This document shows, piece after piece, positions 7,394 to 16,641 of a stretch of 37,569 nt of DNA (its first letter is position 1; the number at the start of each line of letters is the position of its first letter). The stretch is taken from the IMG/VR virus record IMGVR_UViG_3300033565_000011, positions 1-37,569 of that record; one strand, written 5' to 3'. The position numbers and the translations under genes were made by a program. The stretch is from a virus (lineage: Duplodnaviria; Caudoviricetes). The notes beneath the pieces were generated by a model, which searched no databases, was not told the origin of the DNA, and saw only the letters and a list, made by a program, of their open reading frames with translations.

Positions 7394-7641
7394 TCGCCTG
7401 GTTGTACCGCATCGCCTTTGGCTTGCAGGTCAAGACGCACGACCAGCACATCGCTGACCTGCGCCTGTTGCTTGACGAACTGCAGCAGGCCGCGATGGAC
7501 ATCGATGCCGAGATCGAGATCGTCTCCGACCGGCTGCTCTCTGCCCACCTTCAGCGCGACGCCGCTGCCAAGCGCTGCGAGGCGGTCGATACCTCGATTG
7601 TCGACCGCCGCTTTCCCAATCCCGCTCCCCGCTCTTACTGA
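7381..7641 (+). CDS. Hypothetical coiled-coil protein
   Basis: GGAGG RBS; operon context. Confidence 0.7.
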   Translation: MRRLIAWLYRIAFGLQVKTHDQHIADLRLLLDELQQAAMDIDAEIEIVSDRLLSAHLQRDAAAKRCEAVDTSIVDRRFPNPAPRSY

Positions 7642-7649
7642 GGACCATC

Positions 7650-8408
7650 ATGAGCCAAGTCAAAACCATCCTGAAGGCGCTCGTCAAACTCGGCGTCGCC
7701 ACCTATGACGACCTGCAAGGCGAAACCAAGATCGAGCGCAACAAGCTGCGCTGGTCGTGCAACACCATGAAAACGGACGGCAACATCAAGCAGACCGAAG
7801 AGCCGTTGACCAAGGAAGTCGCCTGGCAGATCACCCCGCAGGGCCGGGCGCACCTGATCAAGATCGCCGGCGAAAGCATTGTGGCCGCGCCACCACTCAA
7901 GTCGGCGGCAGAGGCGCCCGCGAAGGCAGCCCAACCCATCACGGCGGACATGGCCAAGACCAAGGCCAAGGCCGTCAAAAAGAGCAAGGCGTTGCAAGAC
8001 ACCCCAGCGGACGGAGGGGCCAATATCATCCGCAGCCGCGCATCGGACAGCCACGTTGTGGCAGCTAGCACCTCCTCCGAGGGCGCGGCCGTTGTTGAGC
8101 AGCAGGCGGGTGCCATCGCGCCCACGGAAGGTGTTGATAGCACCGACCAGCCTGCTGGCTCCGACGTCCCCTTTTACCAGCCAAGCGAAGAAGCACGGAA
8201 AGAGGTTTCGGCGTGGGCTGAAAGCAAGCTATTCCAGCTTGAGCCGGAAGCCGCGCCGGTTGAATTCACCGACCCGCAGCTCTTCGCCATGGTCAGCATC
8301 GACGGCACGCTGCACATTTCGTTCGCCGGCAAGGAAATCAACCTGCCCGCCTTTGCTGTCCGCCAGTTGGGCGAATTCCTGTCCGACACCGAACCCGCCT
8401 GGGCATAA
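7650..8408 (+). CDS. Winged-helix-containing hypothetical protein
   Basis: GAGGA RBS; N-terminal wHTH-like segment ending WQITPQGR, then an Ala/Lys-rich linker. Confidence 0.7.
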   Translation: MSQVKTILKALVKLGVATYDDLQGETKIERNKLRWSCNTMKTDGNIKQTEEPLTKEVAWQITPQGRAHLIKIAGESIVAAPPLKSAAEAPAKAAQPITADMAKTKAKAVKKSKALQDTPADGGANIIRSRASDSHVVAASTSSEGAAVVEQQAGAIAPTEGVDSTDQPAGSDVPFYQPSEEARKEVSAWAESKLFQLEPEAAPVEFTDPQLFAMVSIDGTLHISFAGKEINLPAFAVRQLGEFLSDTEPAWA

Positions 8409-8410
8409 GC

Positions 8411-8722
8411 ATGCACGCCCAGCGCTTTTCTCACCCCGCCGGTGCGTTCGAGATCACCAGCCTGCCCGGCCAGTCGCAAGTTGCCATCTGCCACAGCTTC
8501 TTCGTTCGCCACGGCCAGCGCGGTCGTGGCATGGCGCATGAGATCAAGGCCAAGCAACGGCAGACGCTCAAGGATTTTCACTACGACTACGCCATCTGCA
8601 CCGTGGCGGCCAGCAACCTGGCACAGCAGGCGGTGCTCACCCAAGACGGCTGGCACAAGCTGGCCGAATTCAAAAACCACCGCAGCAACGAAGTGACCGA
8701 GATCTGGGGCACCCAGCCGTGA
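8411..8722 (+). CDS. Minimal GNAT-family acetyltransferase
   Basis: FFVRHGQRGRGMA matches acetyl-CoA motif A; TVAASNLAQQAVLTQDGW matches motif B. Confidence 0.7.
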   Translation: MHAQRFSHPAGAFEITSLPGQSQVAICHSFFVRHGQRGRGMAHEIKAKQRQTLKDFHYDYAICTVAASNLAQQAVLTQDGWHKLAEFKNHRSNEVTEIWGTQP

Positions 8723-8766
8723 TCACGCTTGCTGTTGTTGCCATTGCGTTCCTCTTCCTGGAATAA
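8719..8766 (+). CDS. Possible 15-aa hydrophobic microprotein (MITLAVVAIAFLFLE)
   Basis: GTGA overlap with the GNAT stop; ends 2 nt before the ParB ATG. Confidence 0.3.
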   Translation: MITLAVVAIAFLFLE

Positions 8767-8768
8767 CC

Positions 8769-10883
8769 ATGACCGAACAACCCCGCTACCGCACGCACAT
8801 TGGCCTGAGCGAGATCAAACCATCGCCGACCAACCCGCGAAAACACTTCAATGAAGCCGAGCTCGCCGAGCTAGCCGCCAGCATCAAGAAACACGGCGTC
8901 ATCACGCCGATCATGATCCGCCTAATCAACGATCTTGAGACGCCGCATTTATATGAAATTGTCGCCGGCGAGCGTCGCTGGCGTGCTGCCACGCTGGCCG
9001 GTTTGACCACCATCCCCGCCATCGTTCGCGATGACCTGAGCCCCGCGGCCATTATTGAGATCCAGCTCATCGAGAATTTGCAGCGACAGGACCTGCATCC
9101 GCTCGAGGAGGCCGAAGGCTATGGCCGCATGATGCGCGAGCACGGCTACACCGCCGACACGCTGGCCGAGAAGATCGGCAAGTCCCGGAGTTACATTTTC
9201 GGGCGCATGAAGCTGCTCGACCTCTCCGACGATGCGCGCCGGCTGTTCTATGCCGGCCTGCTCAACCCGTCGACCGCCCTGCTCATCGCCCGCATCCCGA
9301 CGCACAAGCTCCAGGCCAAGGCCGTCGAGGACATTACCGAGAAGGACTACCACGGCGACAGCAAGTCCGTGCGCGCTGCCGCCCGGCACATCCAGTCGCG
9401 CTACATGACCAACCTCAACAACGCGCCCTTCCCGACGGACGATGGCGAACTGATCGCCACCGCCGGGCCGTGCGGCGCCTGCCCCAAGCGCACCGGCAAT
9501 GCGCCGGAGCTGTTTGACGACGTGGCGGATTCAAACGTCTGCACCGACCCCGACTGCTACATCCTCAAGAAGCAGGCCAACGCCGAGCGCATCGCCCGGG
9601 AAGCTGGACCAGATGTGAAGGTAGTGACCGGGAACGAAGCAGAGAAGATGCTATCGATCTACGGCAACGAGACAAAGACGCATGCGCCGCTCGATAGTAC
9701 CTGTCCCGATGACCCGAAGAACCGCACCTATCGCGAGATCATCGGCGACGATGCAGCTGCCATCATCCTGGTCGAAAACCGGCATAAAGGCGGCCTCGTT
9801 CCCGTCATCGCCAAGAAGATCGTCACCGAAAAGCTAAAGTCTGAAGGCGTCGTCACACGCGCCATGGCCACACGCGATGACAACAAGAAGATCAAAGCCC
9901 AGGTAACACTGGAAAACACTTTTCGGCAGGCCCTATTCAAAACCGTACGGGAAGCAGCCCAGTCTGCCTCCACAAAAATTCCCGTGCTCGAGGCCATGGT
10001 CGCTGTCATTACGCGCCGCTTCCTCATCGATGCTGGTCAGAGCCGCGTCGAGAATGTTTCCGGTATCTGGGGTGCTATTGGCCATCATTCTTTCGACCGC
10101 GCCGACGCCTTCCGCAAGGGCGTCACCCAGTATTCCACAGACGAGCAGCTGCGCATCTGCCTTGATCTCGCCATGTTGGCCGAATCCCATACCGACGAGC
10201 ACAACCTGAAACGCAAGCCGGAAGGCTTGCTGACCATGGCCAGTGCGCTTGATATCGACGCTGATGCTCTGCTCAAGGAGGCCAAAGAATCACTCAAACC
10301 AGCCCCGAAACCTGCCAAAAAACTGAAAAAAACGCCACCCGCACCCTCTGAAGACCACTTACCCCCTACCCAAGCTGCGCCGGCGGCGGGGATAGACCGC
10401 GCGAAAAGCGAGGTGGGCGCGACCGAAGCTGCGCCGGCCGGCGAGGAAACCCCGCCCGAAAAGGCAACGGCGGAAGAGCAGAAGAGTGCAGCTAGCGCTG
10501 CGGTGGAAGAACCATCCGGAGGTGAGCGGCCATTCGACGCAGGAGATGTTGTCCACGTGATTGGCGGACCACTGGCGGGGTCTGGAAAGGGAGGTGAGAT
10601 TGAATGCGTTTACACCGATGACCGGGCGTATCCATACGTCGTGAAAATCGACGGTCAAAACAAATATTTTGCCGAAGACGAGCTCAAGCTGGTCGCAAAG
10701 GCAGAAGCAATCGAGACGGACGAAAAAACACCCGTGGCCACGCGCCGGCCCGTTCAATACCGCCACCCCAATAACCACGAACTGGAATGGACCGGCCGCG
10801 GCCGAAAGCCGAAATGGGTTGAAGCCTACCTGGCCAACGGCGGCACGATGGATAGCCTCAAGACGGAAGGAGTTGCAGCATGA
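8769..10883 (+). CDS. ParB/Spo0J-family protein with C-terminal H-NS-type DNA-binding domain
   Basis: IVAGERRWRA and ENLQRQDLHPLEEA ParB motifs, HTH, Cys cluster; C-terminal YRHP...WTGRGRKPKW is the H-NS signature. Confidence 0.9.
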   Translation: MTEQPRYRTHIGLSEIKPSPTNPRKHFNEAELAELAASIKKHGVITPIMIRLINDLETPHLYEIVAGERRWRAATLAGLTTIPAIVRDDLSPAAIIEIQLIENLQRQDLHPLEEAEGYGRMMREHGYTADTLAEKIGKSRSYIFGRMKLLDLSDDARRLFYAGLLNPSTALLIARIPTHKLQAKAVEDITEKDYHGDSKSVRAAARHIQSRYMTNLNNAPFPTDDGELIATAGPCGACPKRTGNAPELFDDVADSNVCTDPDCYILKKQANAERIAREAGPDVKVVTGNEAEKMLSIYGNETKTHAPLDSTCPDDPKNRTYREIIGDDAAAIILVENRHKGGLVPVIAKKIVTEKLKSEGVVTRAMATRDDNKKIKAQVTLENTFRQALFKTVREAAQSASTKIPVLEAMVAVITRRFLIDAGQSRVENVSGIWGAIGHHSFDRADAFRKGVTQYSTDEQLRICLDLAMLAESHTDEHNLKRKPEGLLTMASALDIDADALLKEAKESLKPAPKPAKKLKKTPPAPSEDHLPPTQAAPAAGIDRAKSEVGATEAAPAGEETPPEKATAEEQKSAASAAVEEPSGGERPFDAGDVVHVIGGPLAGSGKGGEIECVYTDDRAYPYVVKIDGQNKYFAEDELKLVAKAEAIETDEKTPVATRRPVQYRHPNNHELEWTGRGRKPKWVEAYLANGGTMDSLKTEGVAA

Positions 10884-11461
10884 ACCTGGTCATTTACGAC
10901 ACCGAGATCCGCCACGGCGTTCTCACCCCGGACAACCCGCCCCAGCCCGGCTACCGTTACTCAAAAGGCTGGCATGACTACACCGGCATGGGCATCGCCG
11001 TTATCTGCGCCTATGACATTGCCGAGGCGCGCTACCGCGTTTTTCTCGAAGATAACTTCTCCGACTTCCTCGAACTCGTCGCCGAGCGCGACGGTGTGCT
11101 GGGCTTCAACAACTGGCGCTTCGACGATAAGCTGCTGCGCGAAAACGGCTTCAGCCTGCCCCGCGAGAAAAGCCACGATCTGGCCGACGCCATCTGGCGC
11201 GCTGCCGGCATCCCCCAGGGCGAACACCCGCGCGGCCTGTCGCTCAACGCTTGCTGCAAGACGCATGGCCTGCCGACCAAAAGCGGCAACGGCGCCGATG
11301 CCCCGCAGGACTTCCAGGACGGCCGCATCGGGCGCGTCATCGACTACTGCCTGAACGACGTGCGCTGCACGCTCAATCTATACCGCTACATCGAACGCGC
11401 TGGCGGCTGCATCGATGCAAGGGACGGGACGAGCTGGCTTAATGTGCGGGTGGCGAAATGA
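10880..11461 (+). CDS. RNase H-like / DnaQ-type 3'-5' exonuclease
   Basis: Exo motifs YDTE, GFNNWRFD and YCLND. Confidence 0.8.
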   Translation: MNLVIYDTEIRHGVLTPDNPPQPGYRYSKGWHDYTGMGIAVICAYDIAEARYRVFLEDNFSDFLELVAERDGVLGFNNWRFDDKLLRENGFSLPREKSHDLADAIWRAAGIPQGEHPRGLSLNACCKTHGLPTKSGNGADAPQDFQDGRIGRVIDYCLNDVRCTLNLYRYIERAGGCIDARDGTSWLNVRVAK

Positions 11462-11724
11462 GCAACGTCGCCGAACTGCACCTGGTCAAGCAGCAACTGG
11501 CCAACCTTGAAGAGGTCGTCAAGGACATCGACATGTCCAGACCAAGGCATCTGGAAAAGACCCGCGACAAGCTGGTCGCCGACCTTGTGACCAACTTGGT
11601 CTGCTACGTCGACGACGACGCGGCCGGCCAGGAATATATGGACAAGATCATTTCCTGTGCCAACCGCTGGGCGGATCGGCTGGTGATGAATTCCGCTAAG
11701 AACGCGAGGAAGGTGCGGTCATGA
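11458..11724 (+). CDS. Hypothetical protein
   Basis: ATGA coupling on both sides. Confidence 0.7.
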   Translation: MSNVAELHLVKQQLANLEEVVKDIDMSRPRHLEKTRDKLVADLVTNLVCYVDDDAAGQEYMDKIISCANRWADRLVMNSAKNARKVRS

Positions 11725-12230
11725 GCCATACGAAAGAGCCGTGGAAAATTGCCGACCACGACAAATCAATCGTGATTTGCTTCCAAGGAAAGAAAACGGC
11801 GCACGGAACAACTCCATATTTCGCTGGCGGAGGCGCGCTTGAGTCTGAGCGCAATGCCAACGCCCGCCGCATCGTTGCCTGCGTGAATGCCTGCAAAGGT
11901 ATAGACATCGGAGCGCTTGAATCTGACGGTTTCCCAATGAAACTGGCCGGAATTCTTGCACTAAAGAATGAGCGCGACGAACTGCTAGCGCGTCTTGATG
12001 TCGTTTGCGAAGTGCAAATAGTAAGCGGCACTTATAACCGTATTCGAGCCGAAAGAGAATTTGCTGTTGATGACCTTGAATACGATCTTTTCTCCGCTGG
12101 CTGGAAAGCTGCCATCGCCAGCGTGAAAGGCGTCCAATCCCACGGTCAACCGGAAAAAAAGCCCGAAACCAGCGCGCCAGCCATTGTGTTTTTCCCGGCC
12201 GGGAGCCTAGGGGAAGAGGTGGAATCGTGA
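11721..12230 (+). CDS. Hypothetical phage protein
   Basis: HTKEPW...NANARRIVACVNAC resembles a common lambdoid early-region motif; coupled on both sides. Confidence 0.7.
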   Translation: MSHTKEPWKIADHDKSIVICFQGKKTAHGTTPYFAGGGALESERNANARRIVACVNACKGIDIGALESDGFPMKLAGILALKNERDELLARLDVVCEVQIVSGTYNRIRAEREFAVDDLEYDLFSAGWKAAIASVKGVQSHGQPEKKPETSAPAIVFFPAGSLGEEVES

Positions 12231-12913
12231 AAGAGCGCCCTATCCTATTCAGCGCCTCGATGGTTCGCGCAATCCTTGACGGACGGAAGACGCAGACACG
12301 GCGGGTTCTTAAAACTCAGCCGTCTAATGGATGGGCGATTGATACGCCATATGTACTTGGCAGGATTACATCGCCGCACCAGAAGAGAATGAAGTTTGGC
12401 GTGTTCATTCATCGCGGACTTGGCACCGACTTTCCCGAGTGCGACATCATTACCTGTCCGTATGGCCAGCCCGGTGACCGGATATGGGTGTGCGAGGCAC
12501 ACCGTCTACTGGACTGCTCATGCACCGAGACTTGCCGCGTGCCGGGCCATGTTTATTATGAGGCAGACGGCGGCGGGTATTCGGGAGCATTTCAAGGCCG
12601 ACTTCGCCCCTCAATCCACATGCCGCGCTGGGCCAGCCGGATCAGCCTTGAAATTACCGGCGTCCGGGTTGAGAAGTTGCAGGACATCAGCGAGGCGGAT
12701 GCAGAGGCCGAAGGAATTAAATCAGTGCGCGTGGCTGAATCTCAATACCGGTATGTCGACTACCTGCGCTTAGGAAAGATGGACGAAAAGGAAGCCACCG
12801 TAGGGACTGCAATCAAAAGCTACGCGACGCTTTGGGAAGCCATCAACGGCGCCGGATCATGGGATGCAAATCCATGGGTATGGGTGGTCGAGTTCAAGCG
12901 GGTGCCAGCATGA
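12227..12913 (+). CDS. ASCH/PUA-like domain phage protein
   Basis: RPILFSASMVRAILDGRKTQTRR, PSIHMPRWASRI and NPWVWVVEF motifs. Confidence 0.8.
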   Translation: MKERPILFSASMVRAILDGRKTQTRRVLKTQPSNGWAIDTPYVLGRITSPHQKRMKFGVFIHRGLGTDFPECDIITCPYGQPGDRIWVCEAHRLLDCSCTETCRVPGHVYYEADGGGYSGAFQGRLRPSIHMPRWASRISLEITGVRVEKLQDISEADAEAEGIKSVRVAESQYRYVDYLRLGKMDEKEATVGTAIKSYATLWEAINGAGSWDANPWVWVVEFKRVPA

Positions 12914-13371
12914 ACCGCCTCCAGCGCCACCACCGCGCCGCCTGCGACCAGTTCAAATCCGGCCACCACAAGCCGCCCACACGCGCCCAGGCCAAGGCGT
13001 GGCTGGCCCCGATTCGCAAAGCATTCACCGAAATGCTATCCGGCGAGGTTGATTCGCATCGCGGATATGCCATCACCCGCATTCACCACGCCGACAACGA
13101 TTTTGCGCGAATCGACCACGCCGCGAATGGCTTTACCGCCCTAATTGAGCGCCTGATGCCCGATTTCGACATCCAGCCGATCAAGCGCGTATCGAAAAAG
13201 CTGGAGAACGGCATTCTGCTTGAAGCCGCCGAGGTGCATGAATGCCTGGCACTGCTCAAGCAATGCGAGGATCGGCTGATCAAGTTCCGCCGCAGCGAGC
13301 TCGTCGACGCGGCCAACGTCGAAATGGTTGCCATCGAGCTAGAGCGCCTCGGGCTAAAGGACGCAGCATGA
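12910..13371 (+). CDS. Hypothetical protein
   Basis: ATGA coupling at 12910 and 13368. Confidence 0.7.
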   Translation: MNRLQRHHRAACDQFKSGHHKPPTRAQAKAWLAPIRKAFTEMLSGEVDSHRGYAITRIHHADNDFARIDHAANGFTALIERLMPDFDIQPIKRVSKKLENGILLEAAEVHECLALLKQCEDRLIKFRRSELVDAANVEMVAIELERLGLKDAA

Positions 13372-13664
13372 GCCTGTCCCAATCGCTGCATCAAATTACG
13401 CTCGGCACATGGTGGAATGACCCACAGCAGCCGTGGAAATCAAACCGCAAGCGCCTGAACGAAATCGCCGAGCAGCGGGAAATATTCATCGCAACCATGA
13501 ACCGCAAGCGCAAGCCGGTCACGCTGGAGCAACTGGCCAAGGAGTTTGACTGCACCGTGGCAAAAATTCGCGGCTGGGCTGGGCCGTTTGTTGAATCGGG
13601 ACAGCTTGTTCGTGGGGTGAATGAAGATAAGAAGGTGACGCTGGAGAAGAAGAAGTGTTCCTGA
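13368..13664 (+). CDS. Small HTH-like protein
   Basis: AAGGA RBS; VTLEQLAKEFDCTVAKIR is HTH-like. Confidence 0.65.
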   Translation: MSLSQSLHQITLGTWWNDPQQPWKSNRKRLNEIAEQREIFIATMNRKRKPVTLEQLAKEFDCTVAKIRGWAGPFVESGQLVRGVNEDKKVTLEKKKCS

Positions 13665-13864
13665 CCGACGCCGAACTTTTCGACCTGACAGGCTATCGGC
13701 GCAACGCTGACCGCTGCCGATGGCTAACCGAAAACAAATGGACTTTCGTTCGCAGCGCCATCACCGGCCGCCCTGCTGTCTCAAGGAGCTACGCAGAATC
13801 GAAGCTATCCGGCGCGGCCGTCCGCATTGAACCGAAGTTGAATACCGCATCGATCAGGGGGTAA
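13655..13864 (+). CDS. xis: Excisionase-like protein (DUF4224 type)
   Basis: FLTDAELFDLTGYRR...WL...GRP signature, directly upstream of the integrase. Confidence 0.75.
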   Translation: MFLTDAELFDLTGYRRNADRCRWLTENKWTFVRSAITGRPAVSRSYAESKLSGAAVRIEPKLNTASIRG

Positions 13865-13865
13865 C

Positions 13866-14858
13866 ATGCCACGCACTATGGGACGCCGCCGCCAGACCAA
13901 CCTTGACCTGCCACCCCGCATGCACATGAAGGGCGACACGTTCTATCACGTATCGACCGTCCTGCCACGCAAATGGACCAAGCTTAGCAAAGACCTAAAC
14001 GAAGCGCGGCGCAAGTGGGCAGAGCTTGAATCAGACGACAGCGCATCGAGCCTGGCCACGCTGATCGATGAATGGATGCTGACCGACGCCTATAAAGACT
14101 TGTCCGACAACACCAAAAAACAATACAGCAGCGTCGCCAAGCAACTGAAAAGCGTTTTCGCCGACTTTAATTCCGTCGCCGACATCAAGCCTCAGCACAT
14201 TGCCCAGTGGCAAGATGATCACAAGTCCAAGGTCAACGCCAACACCGGGAAATCAATCCTGTCCAACGTGCTGGCCATGGCGATCCGTCGCGGCATCATC
14301 GACCGAAACCCGGCACGGGAAGTCGACAACCTGACCGTTCAGCGGCGCAAACGCTACATCACGGACGATGAATACATAGCGATTCGGGAAAAAGCACACC
14401 CAGTCCTGCGGGCGGCGATGGACATCAGCTATGTGACCGGCGCCCGCATCGGCGACATTCTCGACATCCGGCTGTCGCACATTTCAACCGATGGCCTACT
14501 CGTTCGCCAGGGCAAGACCAACAAGCTGCAGCTTTTCAAGCGCAATTCCGCCCTCGATCTGGCCATCGACAACGCCAAGGCCATCAAGCGCCCGGTGCGC
14601 GGCCTGTTCCTGCTCTGCACCATGCGCGGCCAGCAGTATGACTATCAACAGTTGAATCTTTGGTGGGTGAAGGCCCGAGAAGAATCAGGCGTTGAGGATG
14701 TCCATTTTCACGACATTCGCGGCAAGTCCGCCACCGACGCCAAGCGCGCCGGGATGGACTACCAGGCGCTGCTCGGGCACACCACGAAGGCCATGTCGGA
14801 CAGCTATATCAAGCTAGAAGATGCTCAAATTGTCGAGCCGATGGCGAGGGTGATTTGA
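13866..14858 (+). CDS. int: Tyrosine integrase
   Basis: Catalytic residues in TGARIGD, QGKT, HFHDIR, LLGH and SY; N-terminal arm-binding-like domain; alternative start at 13878. Confidence 0.93.
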   Translation: MPRTMGRRRQTNLDLPPRMHMKGDTFYHVSTVLPRKWTKLSKDLNEARRKWAELESDDSASSLATLIDEWMLTDAYKDLSDNTKKQYSSVAKQLKSVFADFNSVADIKPQHIAQWQDDHKSKVNANTGKSILSNVLAMAIRRGIIDRNPAREVDNLTVQRRKRYITDDEYIAIREKAHPVLRAAMDISYVTGARIGDILDIRLSHISTDGLLVRQGKTNKLQLFKRNSALDLAIDNAKAIKRPVRGLFLLCTMRGQQYDYQQLNLWWVKAREESGVEDVHFHDIRGKSATDAKRAGMDYQALLGHTTKAMSDSYIKLEDAQIVEPMARVI

Positions 14859-15090
14859 TCTTTCTACAAAATTTTTGTAGAAGCTTCTACAAATATTTCT
14901 ACATTTCGCCTCGAAAGCCGCATGGCTACGTGGTGGTAAGATAATCCTACTTTAGCTGAGCAAGATTGACCAGAATCAAAGCGCCACAAGGGATTCAAAG
15001 CACATTGACAGCCAATCTTTCTACAAAATTAGATATAAACGACCACTTGAAAGCCGCATGGCTTCGTGGTCGTTTTATTTATGTAGAAAG
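14858..15090. other. Putative attP region with arm-type repeats and a convergent hairpin
   Basis: AT-rich non-coding DNA after int; six TTCTACA copies in both orientations; 16-bp direct repeat 14858-14873/15015-15030; 22-bp near-perfect repeat 14913-14934/15049-15070. Confidence 0.7.
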
Positions 15091-15180
15091 ACAAATGGGT
15101 ATTTTAGCCATCTCCAGGCCAGCCAGTGACGCCGCCAGCTCCCCGACGTTGCAATCATGCCGAGGTGCCGCAGGTTGTTA

Positions 15181-15315
15181 TCAGCGTGGCCCATAGATCA
15201 CCTTGAGAATCAATTTCTGCCAAGCCAGCCAGGCCTGAAGGCCGTGCTGCCAACAGATCAGCACGGGCGGATGCGCCGCTTTCCATTCCTGGAAATTGAT
15301 GACGGTGGCTTTCAT
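15181..15315 (-). CDS. Small hypothetical protein (44 aa)
   Basis: GGAGG upstream and ATGA coupling; MKATVINFQEWKAAH. Confidence 0.55.
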   Translation of the reverse strand: MKATVINFQEWKAAHPPVLICWQHGLQAWLAWQKLILKVIYGPR

Positions 15316-15617
15316 GCTTGAAAATCCTCCATGGCTTCCCGGTGCGTCCGGTGGCGTCTTACCTTGCTGATTCGAAAGTGCCATACTCGATAGCTGCCGG
15401 CGAAGAGCAGCAGCTTGTTTTTCGGCGTCCATAAAACGCCTCGCGGCGGTATGTACTCGATGACCTTCAGTGACTTCCATCGCCCACTACGTGCAGCGCC
15501 GAAGTGCGGAACCATCCCGCCAAACGAATGGCTACGGCGCACCCAGGCGTATTGTCGAAACATGCCGGCCGCCCAGATCCACATGGCCGCTATCCAGCAG
15601 TTCGACAGGCGCCTCAT
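15312..15617 (-). CDS. Hypothetical basic, aromatic-rich protein
   Basis: ATGA-coupled to the i-spanin stop and to the next gene. Confidence 0.55.
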   Translation of the reverse strand: MRRLSNCWIAAMWIWAAGMFRQYAWVRRSHSFGGMVPHFGAARSGRWKSLKVIEYIPPRGVLWTPKNKLLLFAGSYRVWHFRISKVRRHRTHREAMEDFQA

Positions 15618-16096
15618 TGCGGCCAAGCCTCAATCAGGGTGCGGGTATCTGAAGCGTGCCGATCAGCTGCTTCTGCCACGCCTCGATATTCATCCGCGCA
15701 CGTTCCGAGTAGCTCAAGGGAGGCGCTGGCTGTTGCACGGCAGGCTTCGGCGGTGGCTGCGGACAATCGACCACGGACGGCTGCGAGGTCGTTGCGCAGG
15801 CTGCCAGCAGAAGCGGAAGCAGCATCAGCAGCAGCACGGAGCGCGGTTTCACGTTGGGCGGCGTCATATTGGGCTTTCTGGACTTGTTGAAGCATGGACT
15901 GTTCGCGCTGGCGATAGGCGCGCTCGGTCTCGGCAGTTATTAAGGATTGTTTAACCACTGCATCATTCCACTGACCGCGCACACGCTCTGCTCCGTGGTG
16001 GCGGCCGGTGGCGTAAAGGGCGATGGCGATCAGCGCGAACATGGCCAGGCGTGCAAGCAGGCGATAAGGCTCGGGGATCAGGCTGAGCATAGTCAT
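15614..16096 (-). CDS. Rz-like i-spanin
   Basis: N-terminal TM helix then Ala-rich coiled coil; follows the endolysin. Confidence 0.8.
   Translation of the reverse strand: MTMLSLIPEPYRLLARLAMFALIAIALYATGRHHGAERVRGQWNDAVVKQSLITAETERAYRQREQSMLQQVQKAQYDAAQRETALRAAADAASASAGSLRNDLAAVRGRLSAATAEACRATASASLELLGTCADEYRGVAEAADRHASDTRTLIEAWPQ
15634..15867 (-). CDS. Rz1-like o-spanin lipoprotein embedded in the i-spanin gene
   Basis: Lipobox LLLAAC and Pro-rich mature part in an alternate frame. Confidence 0.75.
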   Translation of the reverse strand: MTPPNVKPRSVLLLMLLPLLLAACATTSQPSVVDCPQPPPKPAVQQPAPPLSYSERARMNIEAWQKQLIGTLQIPAP

Positions 16097-16641
16097 GCTA
16101 GCAGCGCCTTTTGTGCCGTCGATAAGTAAGCGACGCGCTCGGGATAGCCGTTAAGGCCGCCATTGATGCGGCGCGTGATGGTCTGGAAGCTGTTCGGGCA
16201 GTCGGCGACGGTGTTGAGACCATTCGACCACCAGAACCACGCAGCCGAGCGCGCGGCCAGGCCGGGCTGTTCGAGCAGTTCCGGGTGCTCGAGCAGCGTG
16301 GTCGCGTCATTGAACAGGGCCAGCGAGCACTGGCGATAGTTGTATTTACCGGTGATCTGGATCAGCCCCCTGCCCTTGTAGCGCTGCCCATCACCATCGG
16401 CGGCCGGGGTGTTGCCAAGGCGCGCGGCGAGACGGCCAGTGTCATAGGCGGACCCGCTGGCGATCTCGCAGGTATAGCGAAGCTCGCCGGATTCGTGTGC
16501 AACCTGAGCCAGGAAGGCTGTCACCCGGCGATGCGTATCGATACCGAATTCGGCCATGGCGGCATTGAGCGGGTCAAGCCAAATGTCGACGCGGGACTTC
16601 GCATGCGGCATCACGGCGAGGAGCTGTTCGCGAGTGATCAT
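16093..16641 (-). CDS. Endolysin, glycoside hydrolase family 19
   Basis: FLAQVAHESG, YKGRGLIQITG and TRRINGGLNG motifs. Confidence 0.93.
   Translation of the reverse strand: MITREQLLAVMPHAKSRVDIWLDPLNAAMAEFGIDTHRRVTAFLAQVAHESGELRYTCEIASGSAYDTGRLAARLGNTPAADGDGQRYKGRGLIQITGKYNYRQCSLALFNDATTLLEHPELLEQPGLAARSAAWFWWSNGLNTVADCPNSFQTITRRINGGLNGYPERVAYLSTAQKALLA

Noticed and set aside
14940-14965. tRNA-like fragment (GCTCAGCT on the minus strand) in attP
   Set aside because: No cloverleaf or T-loop could be built; too short to call.
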